Assembly: GCA_030704615.1 (NCBI GenBank)
Contig: CM060733.1
Coordinates: 43,462,001-43,526,000 of the forward strand
DNA: 64,000 nt
Direction: 5' to 3'
DNA from: Takakia lepidozioides
Lineage: Eukaryota > Plantae > Bryophyta
Part shown: positions 1-14,100 of the stretch, piece by piece
Numbering within the stretch: the first letter of the stretch is position 1
How the letters are laid out: the number at the start of each line of letters is the position of its first letter
The notes under the pieces: generated by a model
The model's input: only the letters and a program-made list of their open reading frames with translations
Databases searched by the model: none
Told to the model about the DNA's origin: nothing
Position numbers and translations under genes: made by a program

Positions 1-1753
1 CTAAAATAAGACAGCAACAGACGCCATGACTTTAGGGCTCGATTGAGGGACATTCATCTTATCTCGGAGGGAGCAGATGGATGTAGCCATCTGTCTGTGT
101 TTTGTTTTTTGGAAAAAATAGGCTGCCTCCAAGAAGAGACCAATTGAGTCCTCCGCACTTTAGTTCGTAAAACACAGGCAAATTTTTTTCTTTGTAATTC
201 AAGGAGCCTCCCTAGCCACAAGGTTCCCCCGATTTACGGGAAGTACCTTCCGCTTTTGGAAGGGTCCCCCAATTTGCGGGAAGTACCTTCCGCGTGTGGA
301 AGGGTCCCACGATTTGCGGGGCAAGGAGCGGGAAAGAAAAATTTCCCAGTTTTGCACGTTGGGGAAGGGTCGTTCCCACGGCCCTTCCTGAATTTTTGAG
401 CACCCGGAACTCGGGCTCCGCCCTCGTTGCCGGTGCTCTCAAATTCAGGAAGGGCCTTGGGAACGACCCTTCCCTAATACATATTGGCCTCCTTGGCCGC
501 CCTAAGCTCTGCCAAGTTCTTTTTGGCCTGATGAAATGATTGCAGGGTGACAGGGCCGATTGCATTGGTTTCAATTAGCCACTGGCAGTGAGCAATACAT
601 TTAAGTAAGGCCTTCTCTTTTCTAGAACTGGCAAGAGCAAGAGATCTAGATAAGGATTGGGCAGCCTTTCTAGCGGCTGCAACCTTATGAAGAAATTTGA
701 CAGTAGGGGAAATAAAGGAGTTGTCAAATTCCTTCCAGACAATGGCCAAACTCTGAACCACGGAAGACGACTGGAGAAATAAGGGGTTTAATTTAAAAAA
801 GCGTCTGGCTCTACGTTGAAACCCAGGCGGCTTTAATTCCAGGGAGACCAAAGCATGATAAGAATAGGAGGAAGAGTAGCTTGGGAGGCCCAAGGGGCAG
901 CCGAGGGGGAGCAATAAAGTCTATCCAGTCTAGCCATGCAAACATCAGGAGGGGCTCTATTTATTTGACCATGTGAACCGAAGGGAAGCATGATCGAATT
1001 GAAAACAGTCTGAAAGACCCACATAAAAATAAAGCATATCCCCGGCACCATGTTCCTCATGAGAGAGAGGTTGAGCGGAAAGATCATTTCTATCAAACAA
1101 GGATTCTACCATACTGAAATCACCTCCTAGCACCCAATTGCTAACCTGCGGATTGTTTAAGATATTAGAATGCAGGGAGGACCAAAATTCAACGTGGTCT
1201 GAGATGGAATTGGGAGCATAGACATTAATGAAAGCTGTTGAGCCAAACTTAGATGAGGGCACCGTAAATGCGCACTGAGCTCTCCCCTGAATCCAGGTGT
1301 CCACCTTTAGAAAGGAAGCTGCAGCTAAAGAGGGAGCAATAAGGATGGCAGTACCTCCACGCGAATCTATAATAGTGGGGCTCCACCATGAAGAAGAGGA
1401 TGGCCAGATGGATCAATTTCTAATTACGTTTCTTTTTGGCACAGATGCCTCGGAGCCTATATCCCTAATATTCCAGGAGAGAAGATTCTAGCTCATGGAG
1501 GTAGGACTCGGAAGCCCGTGAACGGTTCACGATTTGATGGATGCAAGGAGAGACTTCGAACATCAATCGGGGGTCTATAGGCAGTGTAGGCACCCATTTG
1601 AATCCAGCAAGAGCCGTAACTTTAAAGGAGCCTACAAACCATATAGACACAGAGTTAGAATGGTTTTCAGCTTCCCCTTGAGAGGGGTTACCAATTACTC
1701 TAATAGATGCAATGGCAGAAAGATCACGATCAGGAATTCCCAGAACATTGGAA

Positions 1754-1830
1754 GAGAGAGAGAGAGAAGACTCCGGCCGAAGCCGGCATAGCTAAGAGCC
1801 ACTTCGCCTTGCGGCTACTGCCCCCATAAA
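1754..1830 (-). mobile_element. Short 5'-truncated retroelement 3' end with (CT)n tail, inserted in the LINE
   Basis: Minus strand reads gggggcagtagccgcaaggcgaagtggctcttagctatgccggcttcggccggagtcttctctctc. Flanked by attggaa at 1747-1753 and 1831-1837. Same family as ~9028-9115 and 39204-39285. Confidence 0.7.
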
Positions 1831-2906
1831 ATTGGAAATAAAACGCAGAGCCCTTGATGCGTAACACAAGCAAGGAAAACGTAGAGCAGGCAGACGTAGG
1901 GCCAATAACAGAATCTGCAAACAAGACCCAGGCAGAAGAGGCATTTTCTTCCTTATAAACAATGAAAAGAAGGATAAGCAGGGAGAGCGGGCATGAGCTC
2001 ACTGCTGGAGGAGAAGGAATCGCCAGGTCTAGCGGAGTGAGACAAAATGATGCCGTGTCTGCATCTAGAACCGATGGCCAAATCGTCGGAGGCTGCTGAC
2101 CTGTCCATGGTATGAGAGTACTTTTGAGAAAATCGAAGAGCTCCCAGCAGCAGCATTCCAGCCTGGAATGTGGAGGATAGGAACGGGTGAGATGTCGCAG
2201 TTCCAAGGGCAGCAGGGATAGAGCCGCCAGAGAGCCAGGTCAGAGAGGGGACACCTGCTTGCATAGAAGAAACATCAAAGAGGCGCAGAAGAGAGAGAAC
2301 TTGCACAAAGAACAATTTCTTGTTAGACGTAGATTGATGCACACGAGACCCAAAGAAAATAGGTCAAATAAAAAAGAAGGAGAGAGGAGGAAAATATCTC
2401 CCTAATTTTGGAGAGGATAAGCTCGTGTTCTTTTCCAAAGCCAAGGGAGTGGATGTCTTTTTTGGTAATCCACGTGGAGGCGAATTTGTTGGTCCCCGAC
2501 AACAGAATTGATGGAGTGCCATCAGGAAACCCAAAGATAATGGGTGTAATGGTGATGGCCACCGATAGAGATCATGCCTGCAACGAAGCATCTGGAAGCT
2601 CCACCCCCGCAAGGATTTGAGCTGTATACAAAAAAAAACCAGAGATTGCATCCCATCCTTGGGAGCAAGAGGAATTTAAAGAGCAGGGATTTCATCCGCT
2701 CTATAGACTGTACTCCTCCGTGTAGGGGAAGACAAGAGATAGATCCTTGGGCTGATCACCGAAGGAGAGACAATAGGCTAAGTGCGAACTTTCTTGGATG
2801 GAGGGCCTTGTGGCGGTGTGATGTCTCCGTGTTTCCTGGAGCCCGGTCTGCAACATCCTGAGGGACAACGACCATACCTTCCACGTTAGAAACAGTAGGC
2901 ACAATA

Positions 2907-2940
2907 TTTAGGGTTTAGGGTTTAGGATTGAGGGTTTAGG
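2907..2940 (+). repeat. Interstitial plant-type telomeric repeat, about 5 degenerate TTTAGGG units
   Basis: tttagggtttagggtttaggattgagggtttagg. Confidence 0.75.
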
Positions 2941-5845
2941 CACTGAGCAAGGGGTACTCTCATACACGAGTGTTCCTTTACAATGTCTATATTTAACTGA
3001 AGGACTGGCTGTTGCTCGTCCACGGGAGCCACTTCTTCACTCCAGATAATGGGCATGACTCAATTTGGTGAGATCGGGGGTCTAGGCCCAGCATCCAGAA
3101 CTCCAGGCCTAGCAAAATCTCCTCTTCTTCCATTCGACCAGTTGATTGGTCTAGAATGACGTCTGGAGTCTCTCCTGCGAGAAGGAGCACCCACTGTCGT
3201 TGGAACATAAGCCATTGAAAAAGAAAATAGAACAGATGGGTGGGGCATGAGGGCAGGCCAAGCAGAGGGCAGGCCAAGCAGAAGGCAGAGAAGTTGAAGG
3301 AATGGCAACCGAGTGAGCGCGAAAACGCAATGCCAGGAAATGAGAAAAGAAAGCGCTTTAGGCGGCAGCTCTGAGTCAGAGAGGGAGAAGGGGGACGAAA
3401 CACTCCCGCCAAGATGTAAATGCACTTAAGATGGCGCAATGAAGAGCGCCAAGAAGGAGACCTGTCTTCTGTGCAGTGATGAAGAACGCCGCAAAACGTC
3501 TGTCGTCGCCTCACAGAAAACGAGGAGAATCAAACTCAAAGAGCCCCCACATCCTTAGGTCGATGAAGAGCTGAAGATGAGAGTGATGGTAAAGAACGGG
3601 AGGGAACAGACAGGTGATGAAGAACTAGATTTGGTGAGAGAGACAGGGGAGACAGGAAAGACAGGGGCGCAGAGAGAAGCCGAGAAAAAACGGCTAAGTC
3701 ACAGGCGCTCTCATCGCAAATTGCGGAGCACCCTTGCGCCATCCCCCTACTTCAATCCAACCCCCTCCATTTGTGTTTCATAAGTTATTCAATAACAGAG
3801 ATGTTACCTGGGAGATGTTATGTTGAGAAGGCAAATCATGGAAGTAGTTTTCAATATAGAGGAGGTGACACTTGGGAAAGGCACAACAGGTGCTTCTCAG
3901 TTTTTAGCATCGATGCACAGTCTTCTCTTTAGAATAAAGAAAAGCCAATGAACTGGATTATACAATCCACTAAATAGGGGACAAAGGTCCCCACGTCCCC
4001 ACAACTAGACAATGGCAATTTATGATTGTTGACCAAATTTCCTTTTTCAAACCATCTTGGATTCCAATTGTGATTGCAGATAGAGTTAGACAATCAATGT
4101 ACCTTTTCAACTACATATTACGTAAGTTCAAACTGCCATGAAAGGCCACGACAGAGTTAAATGAGGTCAGATTTTGGAACTAACTTTTTCAAACCATCTT
4201 GGATACTTGGAAATAGAGCTAGACAATCAAACTACTTTTCCAGAGACTTATTCAAAGAAACAAGAGGCCACCTTTAAAAGCAAGGTCAAATTTTCATGAA
4301 GGGCCAAGACATGGTTAGATTGGGATCATATTTTGAGATCGGAAAATTGCAACCTTACACTTTAATGATACATGAAACAGAGTTAGAATTGCAATTAAGC
4401 TAGCTTTCCAAAGACATATTGCTTATTTACATTGATACAATTGGCATACCATAGTCAAGGTGTCAACCAGTTTGTTACTTAAACCCACCAGTAGCAATAA
4501 ACAAAGGTGCAGAGGATGACTCAAGGAGGATTTTGCAGTACATTAATAAGAATAGCAAAGAGGGCTGGCCGCTCATGATTAACTAGAAATGGTTTACGTG
4601 AGAGTTGGGAAGGCTCATCTTCTTCTCATTGAGCCTTTCAAGACCTCTTGCACCTCTATAGCTCTAGTTCTTGAGTATGAGGATGTGTGACCGTTGTATG
4701 GTGGATCCTTTAGCTAAGGTGCCATAGGCGAATATTATTGCGTGATAGAGTATGATGTGCTTGGAAGGGTTTATGTTTGTTCTTTAGTGAAATGGGGTTT
4801 CTATTGCATTCTACTTATCTTATTTCACTTCTATTATCATTGTGGCATAACATAGCTTTTTCAAGAGTATGTGTGGAAAAACTCACTGATTGGACCCAGG
4901 CACTTAACTTTATTAAAAAGACTCTCTTAGCACAACTTCAAGATGGTACTTCTCTCAGACCTTGGTATCCGGCATGGGCATCATTGAGGGTCACGATAGA
5001 ATAATTAACTTTGAAGTTAACTTGGATGCGTCTTAGAGCACTCCAAAAGTGAGCCTGTCCATGTTAGGTGTCTTGGTTCTTTATGCCAATTCGACATTGC
5101 TAACATGTTTGGGCCTTGCCCCTCCATAACTCAGTGTGTAGCTTGATTGTCTAACTCCAATTTGTAAGTTTCATTCAAATCTAAGCTCAGTGAAAAACGT
5201 AGGTCCCAAAACTTGAGTTGTATGGTGAGTAGGTAGGTAGGTAGCCGGTGAAAAGAAACAGCAAGGCTTCTTAAGGGCGAGGCAATGTTCAGACAGGATG
5301 AATGTTGCATGTCTTTTTATGGATGATAAAAGTGCTAACGTCTAGTTGCGCACACGTGGTGAGGGCCTGTTCACAACGACACCAAAAATGGTTGCAAGTT
5401 GTGACGTGGAAGTTGAAGGTTGGTGGGAACGGTAGTGAGTAGTGAGCAGTGAGTACTGTAGTGAGTAGTGAGTAGGGAGGGCGCGAGTGATGCGAGAGGG
5501 TCTGCTCTGCACCACAGTGCATCTCTTGCCCTCCGATTTTTCTCTAGGGTTTTCCTGGGGATTTGGAGGGGCAGCTTGGAAGATTAGTTTGTGGAAGCTG
5601 AAAGGCTCCGACTAGATGCGATTGCTGGCAGTGAGGAACTGTGATTTCGTCTGTAGCTGTAGGTCTCTATATTGGTAGGAAGCAGTGTGGTGGTGGGTTT
5701 CTGTCAGGTAGCCAAGAGCAGCTCGACTCTGTAGCCGGTTGAATCTTGTGACTTGGTAGGGTGTTGAAAATTATCTACCTCGGCATGCGCAGTAGAAAGA
5801 TTGAGGAGCTGAGACTTCCTGCCTCAGCTTTCATTAATTAGTTTT

Positions 5846-8800
5846 GTGAATCCCGCCCGTTGGGGCTTGACAACAGTGGCGTGGAGGAGGGAGAACTTGC
5901 GGGTCAGGCTTTCTTCAGTGCCATCCATTGAAGAGACTGGCCTTGACGCTGTTTTGTATGGAGAGGCACCTTACTTCACACCGCGGGAATGGCTCCCCGG
6001 ACATGATACCCTGGGCAAGGGTTCGAAGCCCAGTGGGAGTGAAGAATCAGTACTTATGATGCCTGAGAAGGCCGACGAAACATTCTACGATGCTTTGGAT
6101 GCAGTACGCAGAAGCCGTTTAATATCAAAGAACCCCACCAATGAAGTGGGAAATAGAAGGCTAAAACAACAGGAGAGAAACGAAGGTGTTAAGGCTGGTG
6201 ACCGGAAAGGGGATCCACTAGTTCAGGAAGGAGTGGGCGACAAGGCTTTTATGGACAATGGGACTGAGGAGCATGCTGGAAGGATCGGGACAGTCGGTTT
6301 GGCTGCAGAGATGGGAGTGGAGGATGGAGGGGAGAGCCCCAGGGAAACTTCAGCACAGGTGTGGGAGAGGCTTGCTCATGGTGCAAGGAACGATGGAACC
6401 AAAATTTCCCAAGTTTCAGAGATGAAAGATGGGCAAGGTTCAAATCCTACGGGACGATCTGGAAACTATAGACCAGCCAGGCTTCAGACAAAGTCAATCT
6501 TAGAAGGGGATGGTGACCCAGTTTTCAGCTCAAACAGGAGTGAGCGGTTGACTGGGATTGAAGAGGACAATGCAGAAGGGTTGGGGGCTGATTCTCCTAC
6601 AACATCTGTAGAACCAGAAGAGGATTTTGCGGTGTTGTTGGGGTCGCCAGGAAATGAGGTGGGTACCGATTGTTTCTTTCTTGCATCCTTCATGCAAGTT
6701 TCTGTGTCCAATTCCACTTCTAGTTCGGATCTCCAGCATGTCAACTTACTGAGTCTGGTGTGAATCAATTGCCTCCTTTTGCCATTTCTCCCTTGGGCTT
6801 TTCACCCTTCGCCGGACTCGTCAACAATTTGGTTAGCTTTAGATAATGCAAGACTAGTTTTGAGCATAATTGTTGGAACCACTGTCCCACCTTCAGAGAG
6901 TGCATCATGCGACGGACGGACCGTCTTTGATAACAGAGAAAAGTTGGGCTGAAATTGCTTCAACTTTCCTGCTGTTTTTTTATAATTTTCCCTAAAAGAT
7001 TACAAGTCCCTCACATCCTGCTACAAGTGCATGCTTGCATATTTTCATGTTCAGGATGTTGCACGCATCAATTTCAACTTAGTTTGGGCGGGGGCATCTC
7101 CTTGTCATGCCTTTTTGCCTCTATGAAGGGAAATTAATTCATGTCTGCCATCATATGGCAATGCTGGAGAATATTCTAGCTCATACTGAGAAGGAAATAG
7201 TCCTGTTAGCAACTTCTCCTTCATAGCATGCTTCTTGGAAGCTGCTGCATTGCAAAGCAGGATTGATTTTTGATTGTTTATAAGATACAAGCTTTTTAAC
7301 ACTTGCTCCTCTTTTGTGCAAGAGATCCCCAATGCCACTTGGATTACTGAAAAGATTGATGTGTTAAGGAGTCAGTAGAGCAGTTGACTACATGCTCTCT
7401 GCTGGATGTTCAGGCTGAGCTGCCTGAAGACCCAACTGGTACTGAAGAGCCTGACGATGAGGTGGCCAGAAGGAGGGTGGTTCTTGAACGGATTCCCTCA
7501 GTGGCTCGCAACAGGTGGAGACGCCTTAAGCACACAGTGGCATTTGCTCATCATGTTTCTCACAATATCAGGTATTGGATATTCCACAGCAGACATCAGG
7601 GCTTTCAGATATCTGGAAATTGGCTGGTCTGGTATGGCCTGTCTCACATGTGAAGTAGGTGGAACAACTCTGGATTGGTGTACTTTGTTAAGAGGAAGAG
7701 AAGGGTGAGGTGGATAAGAAGACAGCAGACTCCTGGTGCTTATGTTGACTGTGTCAAGTAAAACACAGGATTTTGTAGCATATGTGTAATCATTTGTGAT
7801 CGCAGTTTGCAGAGTAGATGTAAGGAAAACTTCGCAGCAGAAATAGTATCCTGAAAGATACTTACATTGAGATGCTGGCCAGGTCCAGTGCACCTGATCT
7901 TTTGGATGAGAATTCTACTGCGCATCTGCAGCATCAACCGAGCTTGACGGAGGACGCAGGGGGTAGTGGAGCAGCAGCATTTGAGGGGGCCAAGACAGGA
8001 GTCCAATTCCGGCCCAAAGGAAGGAAGGGCATGGAGGGGATGCTGGTGCGCCAGGACAAAGGCTTCATCACCATAATTCAGGACTTTTATGTTGCCTGCT
8101 TGAAGGTTCCTTTCCCCTTCTGACACGACAGCCAATTAGCTGATTTTTCATTCAGAGCTATTGAGCTGCCTCAGTGGCAAGAGGAAAATATTTTCTAACA
8201 AACACCCATTCTAGCCTTCTATGGATTCCCAGCTCTAAAACCCCAGGCCTGTCAACATACATACCATATTCATTAGACTGTTGACAAAGAGTGATTGAGG
8301 GTGAGATGGAGGTTTTCTTGCGACAGGTGCCTGACCTTCTTTTCAGATAAGTTGCATTTTGGAATGAAGTGCATGTCATATCGAAGAGTTGTTCTCTGTT
8401 ATGAGACATGCAGACTTATCTGTTGTAATGCCTTTTCTGTCACTCAGATGCCAATGGGCCAGTTTCTCCTAGGGGTGTTCCTTGCACCAGTTGCGTTAGG
8501 ACTGCTGTTTACTCCAATATTTTTACTGGATATGGGAGGTCTCTCTTTTGATGGATCCACTATGGCTGAAGAATTGTCCTGTGAAAGGTCGGTCACAGCA
8601 GCCAAGCGACGGTGCACTGCACTTATTAATGTCTTTCTATATGCGTACGTTTCAACTTCTTCTTCTCTGTTTATCTGTATCACTCCTAACCATACGTCTT
8701 GTGTCAATAAAGTGTTACCGACAGTTTTCTGTGTGCTATACGGCAGTGGCATGGATCCCATGTAACCACCCTTACCATTCATGTCCTCGTAAGTAGACTG

Positions 8801-11164
8801 TGGTTGGCTCTGGGCGAGCACTGTTGCAATTTCAGGTTGATGTGTCATGCCCTGGTTGTTGAAATCCGAATCACGTCTTTGGGAGTGGTCCTTGGGAGTG
8901 TCCCTGGGGACTGCGGGCTTACAGCTACATCATAACCAGCGCTCACATGGAGCTGTGATCAACGAGCATGTGTCTCTACCCAACGAAAATGAGCAGCTTT
9001 TAAAGGAACGATATAGTAGAACCTGATTATAGGGCCCACCCCCAAAAGGAAGCAGTAGCCGCAAGGTGAAGTGGCTCTTTAGTTACGCTGGCTCTGGCCG
9101 GAGTCTTCTCCCTCTAGAATCTGACTGAAGGTCTCTATCTTGCTTCGTTTGCTGGTTTACTTCCCTCTGTTCTTCCTCCCTGTGTCATGTTGGTGCATGC
9201 GAGCCCATTTCCCTCTAAGAAAAACTGCAGTTGAGACATGTCCAAATAAACAACAAGAAATTATCTTTGACAGAACTGTGTATGTACCAGGTTGTCTTTA
9301 TCGACCACATTTGGGGGTTCACCAGTGGCTGCGCTGTCACCTTTCAGCTTGCTGGTTGCTAATGTCAACACTCTTATGGCTCAGTTTCTCTTTGTGTTTC
9401 TCAGTGGTGCTGGTATGTTCCTCTCACTACTAATGTCTTTGTGTGTTGAGCCTTCAGGTATCATTGTTGTTCTTCTCTTAGTTGCACAATTATCTTGAAG
9501 TTCCAGTCCGTTGGTTCCAGCAGATGGGAACCTGATGGTTTTGTTAAATCTGTATCTGGATGATAGTGTTGTTGATATTATTTGTTGCTGGCTTGATGAT
9601 GCTCTACATGGACATATATTGCAGTACTTCCATGGGCTCATCCTAGCTTGCGTTTCTGTATTTTGTACCCTTTTTAGACCATAAATTGGTCTTCAGTTTG
9701 TTGGTCTGTATGCTTGTTTCCTTAGCTTTTTGTCACAAAATTTGACTGAGGTTGTCTGGGGTTACCAGTAGCATTCTACCCTCAGCTTGGATGTCCGTAA
9801 GCAGTGGCAGATTCCTCTTTGGTTGTTGTCTCTTTCTGGATTGAATATCACCTAGGATTTGTGCAATGACAGAAAGGTGGTTCTATTTTGGCTCATTGCA
9901 GACTGCACTTTCAAACGGCATTATAGCACAATTGATGTCAGAGTCGAAATGAAGGGTGGAGATACCAGAAGATTACGAATGAATGTGTAAACAAGGGGTT
10001 CATTATTTGTTTCTGTGTTGGTTGGGGTTTACAGTGTTTGCGCGGATGTCCCAGCCATCACATCCTGTGCGGTGCTCCAAGAAGGCCATCATCCGTTGTG
10101 ATGACTTTGTGCCAACTCCTGGAGAAGAAAAGTTCAGGTGACTATCCAACCAAGGTGTATAGCTTTGAACTGGAGGCTAGATTACTGTCACAAATTATGA
10201 GGGATTCTGAACACATAATCTATTGGCCCTTTCCATGGTACATAGACTGGGAAGTCTGATATACCATATGGCTTCTGGAAATTTTGATTCCTGAAATGTA
10301 CACTGGAGAGGCACAATTTTCTCAAATCAGCATCAATTTTTGCAGTGCTTTCTTGTAACTGGTTTATTTGTATAATATGTTACAGGGTATTTGCAGTGCG
10401 GCTGGTGCTGACCGGACCTGCTCCATGTGAGCTAGTGGATGCCAAAATTTGTCTTACATTCCGAATTTTTGTCAGGCTTCCTTCAGGCTCTATGTTCTGC
10501 TCAACACAAGACCTTGAACTTGTACGCCCTGAGGTGATTTCTGCTTCCTTGAGAGCGCCCCCCACCCCCCCCACTCCTCTCTCTCTGGTGTCCCTCTGTT
10601 CCGTTCAAACTGACCGCAGGGTCAATGGCCACAAGGCTATGGCAAACAATGTCTTATGAGTACATTCTCTCTCTTTGGTTAATTTTTGACCCTGCTGGAT
10701 AAATCCGACTTGAGGTTGTGTCCAAAGCCATGTCTGTTGCCAGGAAATTGTCTGATGAAATTGAAGTTAAGCAGACAACTTCCTTGAACTTGTTTCCAGT
10801 CTGTGACATGGGAGAGGCCACCATGGATGACCTGAAGGGTTTACCCACTCTCGGCACTAGACTGAAATATAAACTCAGGGCGGGAAGCCTACCTTTGAAC
10901 AGCTAACAGAAGCAGAGAGGAAAGGGGGATTGCAAATGCCTGTTGTGTGGGCAACCTGAAGACAAAATTCATTTTCTGATTTTGATTGTGTGAACGGCTT
11001 TCTAGAGGATATCTGGAAAACTTTCTGTTCCAAGGTAAGTCATACTACCGGCGTCAGCCCCTGAGAAAGGTAGTTCTGTCCCTTTGTGTGCCGCTCAAAC
11101 TGGGCACAGGGTCAATGGCTACAAGGCTATGGTAAACAACGGCTTATGAGGACATTCTCTCTCT

Positions 11165-11197
<33 letters not shown>

Positions 11198-14100
11198 AAA
11201 GATCGGCTACGGCAAACGTCTTATGGGTACATTCTCTCTAAAGATCTGAATCAATGGTCACAAGGCTACGGCAAACAATGTCTTGTGAGTACATTCTCTA
11301 AAGATCTGAATCTAAGTCCACAAGTCTTGACTCTGCTGGATAAATCTGACTTAGAGGCTGTAGTGTCCAAAGCCATTTCTTTGTCAGGAAAGATTCTGAT
11401 GAAAATGAAGTGAGGCAGAAAACTTCCCTGAACTTGTTTCCAGTCGGTGACATGGGGGAGGACATCATGGATGACCTCAAGGCTTTACCCACTCTTGACA
11501 CTAGACTGGAATTTAGACTAAGTGTGGGAAGCCTACCTTTGAACAGCACACAGATGCAGAGAGGAAAGGGGGATTGCAAATGCCCGTTGGGTGGGCAACC
11601 TGAAGACAATATTCATTTTGTGATTCATTGTCCTGGGTACTGTCACCAGAGACGCCTCTTCAGATCCATCAAGGGATTTGTGCCTGTACTTCTGTTTACC
11701 AACTTGGAAAATCTTGAGGTTGAGCCAAAAGCCCAGGACCTTTTGGGGCCTACTTATTGGGCAAATCACCCACAGCAGATTGATGCTTGTGTAAAGGGCT
11801 TTCGAGAGGATATCTGGAAAACTTGGATCAATTGTCTGTTCCAAGGTAAGTCATACTACCGGTGTCAGCCCCTGACAAAGGTAGTTTCTGTCCCTATGTG
11901 TTCCGCTCAAACTGGGTGCAAGGTCAATGGCCGCAAGGCTATGGCAAATGTCTTATGAGTACATTCTCTCTCCCTAAACCTTGGTGGCCTTTCTGTTCTG
12001 TCCAAACTGGGTGCGGGGGTCTATGGCCACAAGTCTACCTCAGACAATGTCTCATGAGTATATTCTAAATCCTGGTGGGTGCAAACCAGTGTTGGACGGT
12101 TATTTGATTTCTTTCGTAACCTACGGTTCGGGTATTTACAAAATCTTAGAATCGAAGAGCCTCTGGTTCCGCGTTTTTGATACACATTTCTCTTATGGAA
12201 AGAACTGCGGGTTCTGGGTAATTTCAAGAACCGCAAATATTTAGCGGTTTTTGTCAAATAACCAGCAGGTCTTTGGCGGATCTTTAATGGTTTTCAAGCC
12301 GGTTAGTTCAAAACTACGTAACTGGCGGTTACAAGCCTTTGCCAGTTCTTGCTTTTTTAACCCAGTTATATTTCCACATAACCTCCGGAGGTTTGTAGCT
12401 GAATCAAAGAACCTCCCAACACTAGTGCAAACCCCATACTGGGAGAGCTAGTTTCCTGCGGGGTCAATGACCGTAAGGCTATGACAAGCCAATATGTGCA
12501 GAGAACGGCATGAGTACAGTTGTGTCCAGGGCCGTGCAGTCCCACTAAGTAATTACTAATAAATAGTAAGTACCAGGCTGGAAAGAGGGCGCTCCCTCTC
12601 TCAGGCGGCGGGCCTGGCCTTGTCAAGCTGTGGTGGTTGAAGAAGGCTGCTTGTCTGATTGCTAGGAGGAAAGGGGCATATTTTTTGCACTTGGTTAAGA
12701 TAGCTGAGTTTGGTCATGACAACCTGACTGTCAAGCATGCAGATAAGTGCCTCTGTGAACGCCTTAATGGCAGTTGCAGGACAAAAAGTTTATACCTGCA
12801 GCTGAGCTGCAGGGATTAGCTAATCCATGGTGGGTGCAAACAAAAGGCTCCAGGAGGGTTAGTTGCCTGTGGGGTCAGTGGCCGTAAGGCTAGGGCAGGT
12901 AACGTTTGCAGGAAACAGCTTGAGTACATTCTCTCTCTCTATGATGTTAGGTGGACTCAGCCTGCTTTTGTGCAAAGTTTCAGTTTTAACATTTCATCCC
13001 ATCATGTTCTAAGAAAACCTCCTGTGTCTCCCTTTCGTATGTCTCCCTTTTGCATTTCCTGGTGCAGTGGTGCATCTGAAGGGTCTGTATTTCAGGAAGT
13101 GAAGAGAACTCGTCTGCTATTCATGAGCTGTGGACCATAAGCCCCTTGTACGCAGCAGTCTCAGTTATAGCATCCTGCTCAATGTGAGGGAGGTACATCG
13201 TTTTGAATACTTCTCCTTGTCGCTTGGGTGACAGGTCTCTTATTTGCGGTATGGGCTCATGGTCCGCCACATTGTTGATAAGAAAAGCCCTGTTTATGGG
13301 CACAACATGGAATCTCTGACTGAAGGCGATGCCTCCTTCTCTCTCACAATCATGGGATTGGAACGTACATCAATGCAACCAATATTCCACTTGGAGGTGA
13401 TTTCTTCGCATCACATCATTTTCTTATGAACCAAAAAGAGACGAGGTTTACGAACTCATTGTTTGAATGATTAATTACTTAACATTCCATTTTCGCTCTA
13501 CAGGACTATTTTGTGTGTGATGGAGACGTAGTGTGGGATGGAGACTACATGGATTTCATTCATATCAACAGACATGGACAGCGTGTATTGGACCATGCAA
13601 AGATTGATCTTCTCAAGACCTTCAAGGTGATGGAGCCAGCCCCCAAGGCCTACTCTCATACCCCCTTTGTTTTGACTGATTATACACCTCCAGTAGTCAT
13701 TCTTTATGGAACACCTACTTGTTGGGTGTGCCATGATATGTTTATACACCATGAAGATGTGTGAACGAAAGCAAGCCAGTGCGTCCTCCTTGAATTCCAG
13801 TGCTCACTAAGTAACAAGCAAGAGAAGGTTAGAGCCAAGGTTTTGTTGAAAGAGGTGACACAAGAGGCCCTTCAGATGTCAAAGGATTTCTTGAGGTCTC
13901 CTGAATTGGTATTGCATACAGTGTGCGTGGAATTGCCTCGCAGCTCGCTGTTACCCGCCATGGTTATTTCAACCAGTGAGTATCAGCGCTGGAACATATG
14001 ACGTTTTATTCCTTACATCTATCTGAGAATCGTGTTTTCATCAAATGGACTTGGCTACAGGTTGCGGGGATGGTGTCCCAAGCAATCACTCGAATGGAAG

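Larger units (their letters stand above)
474..3600 (-). mobile_element. Degenerate L1-type LINE: ORF1 remnants (~2.2-3.5 kb) and AP-endonuclease remnants (~0.5-1.5 kb)
   Basis: ORF 957-1304 contains NVYAPN...WVLGGDFSMVE. ORF 833-1096 and neighbouring frames give FTWSN...RLDRLY. Many stops and frameshifts; boundaries approximate. Confidence 0.75.

Noticed and set aside
1754-1830. Hammerhead or other self-cleaving ribozyme in the structured tail
   Set aside because: No CUGANGA/GAAA core and no HDV-like nested pseudoknot could be found by eye.
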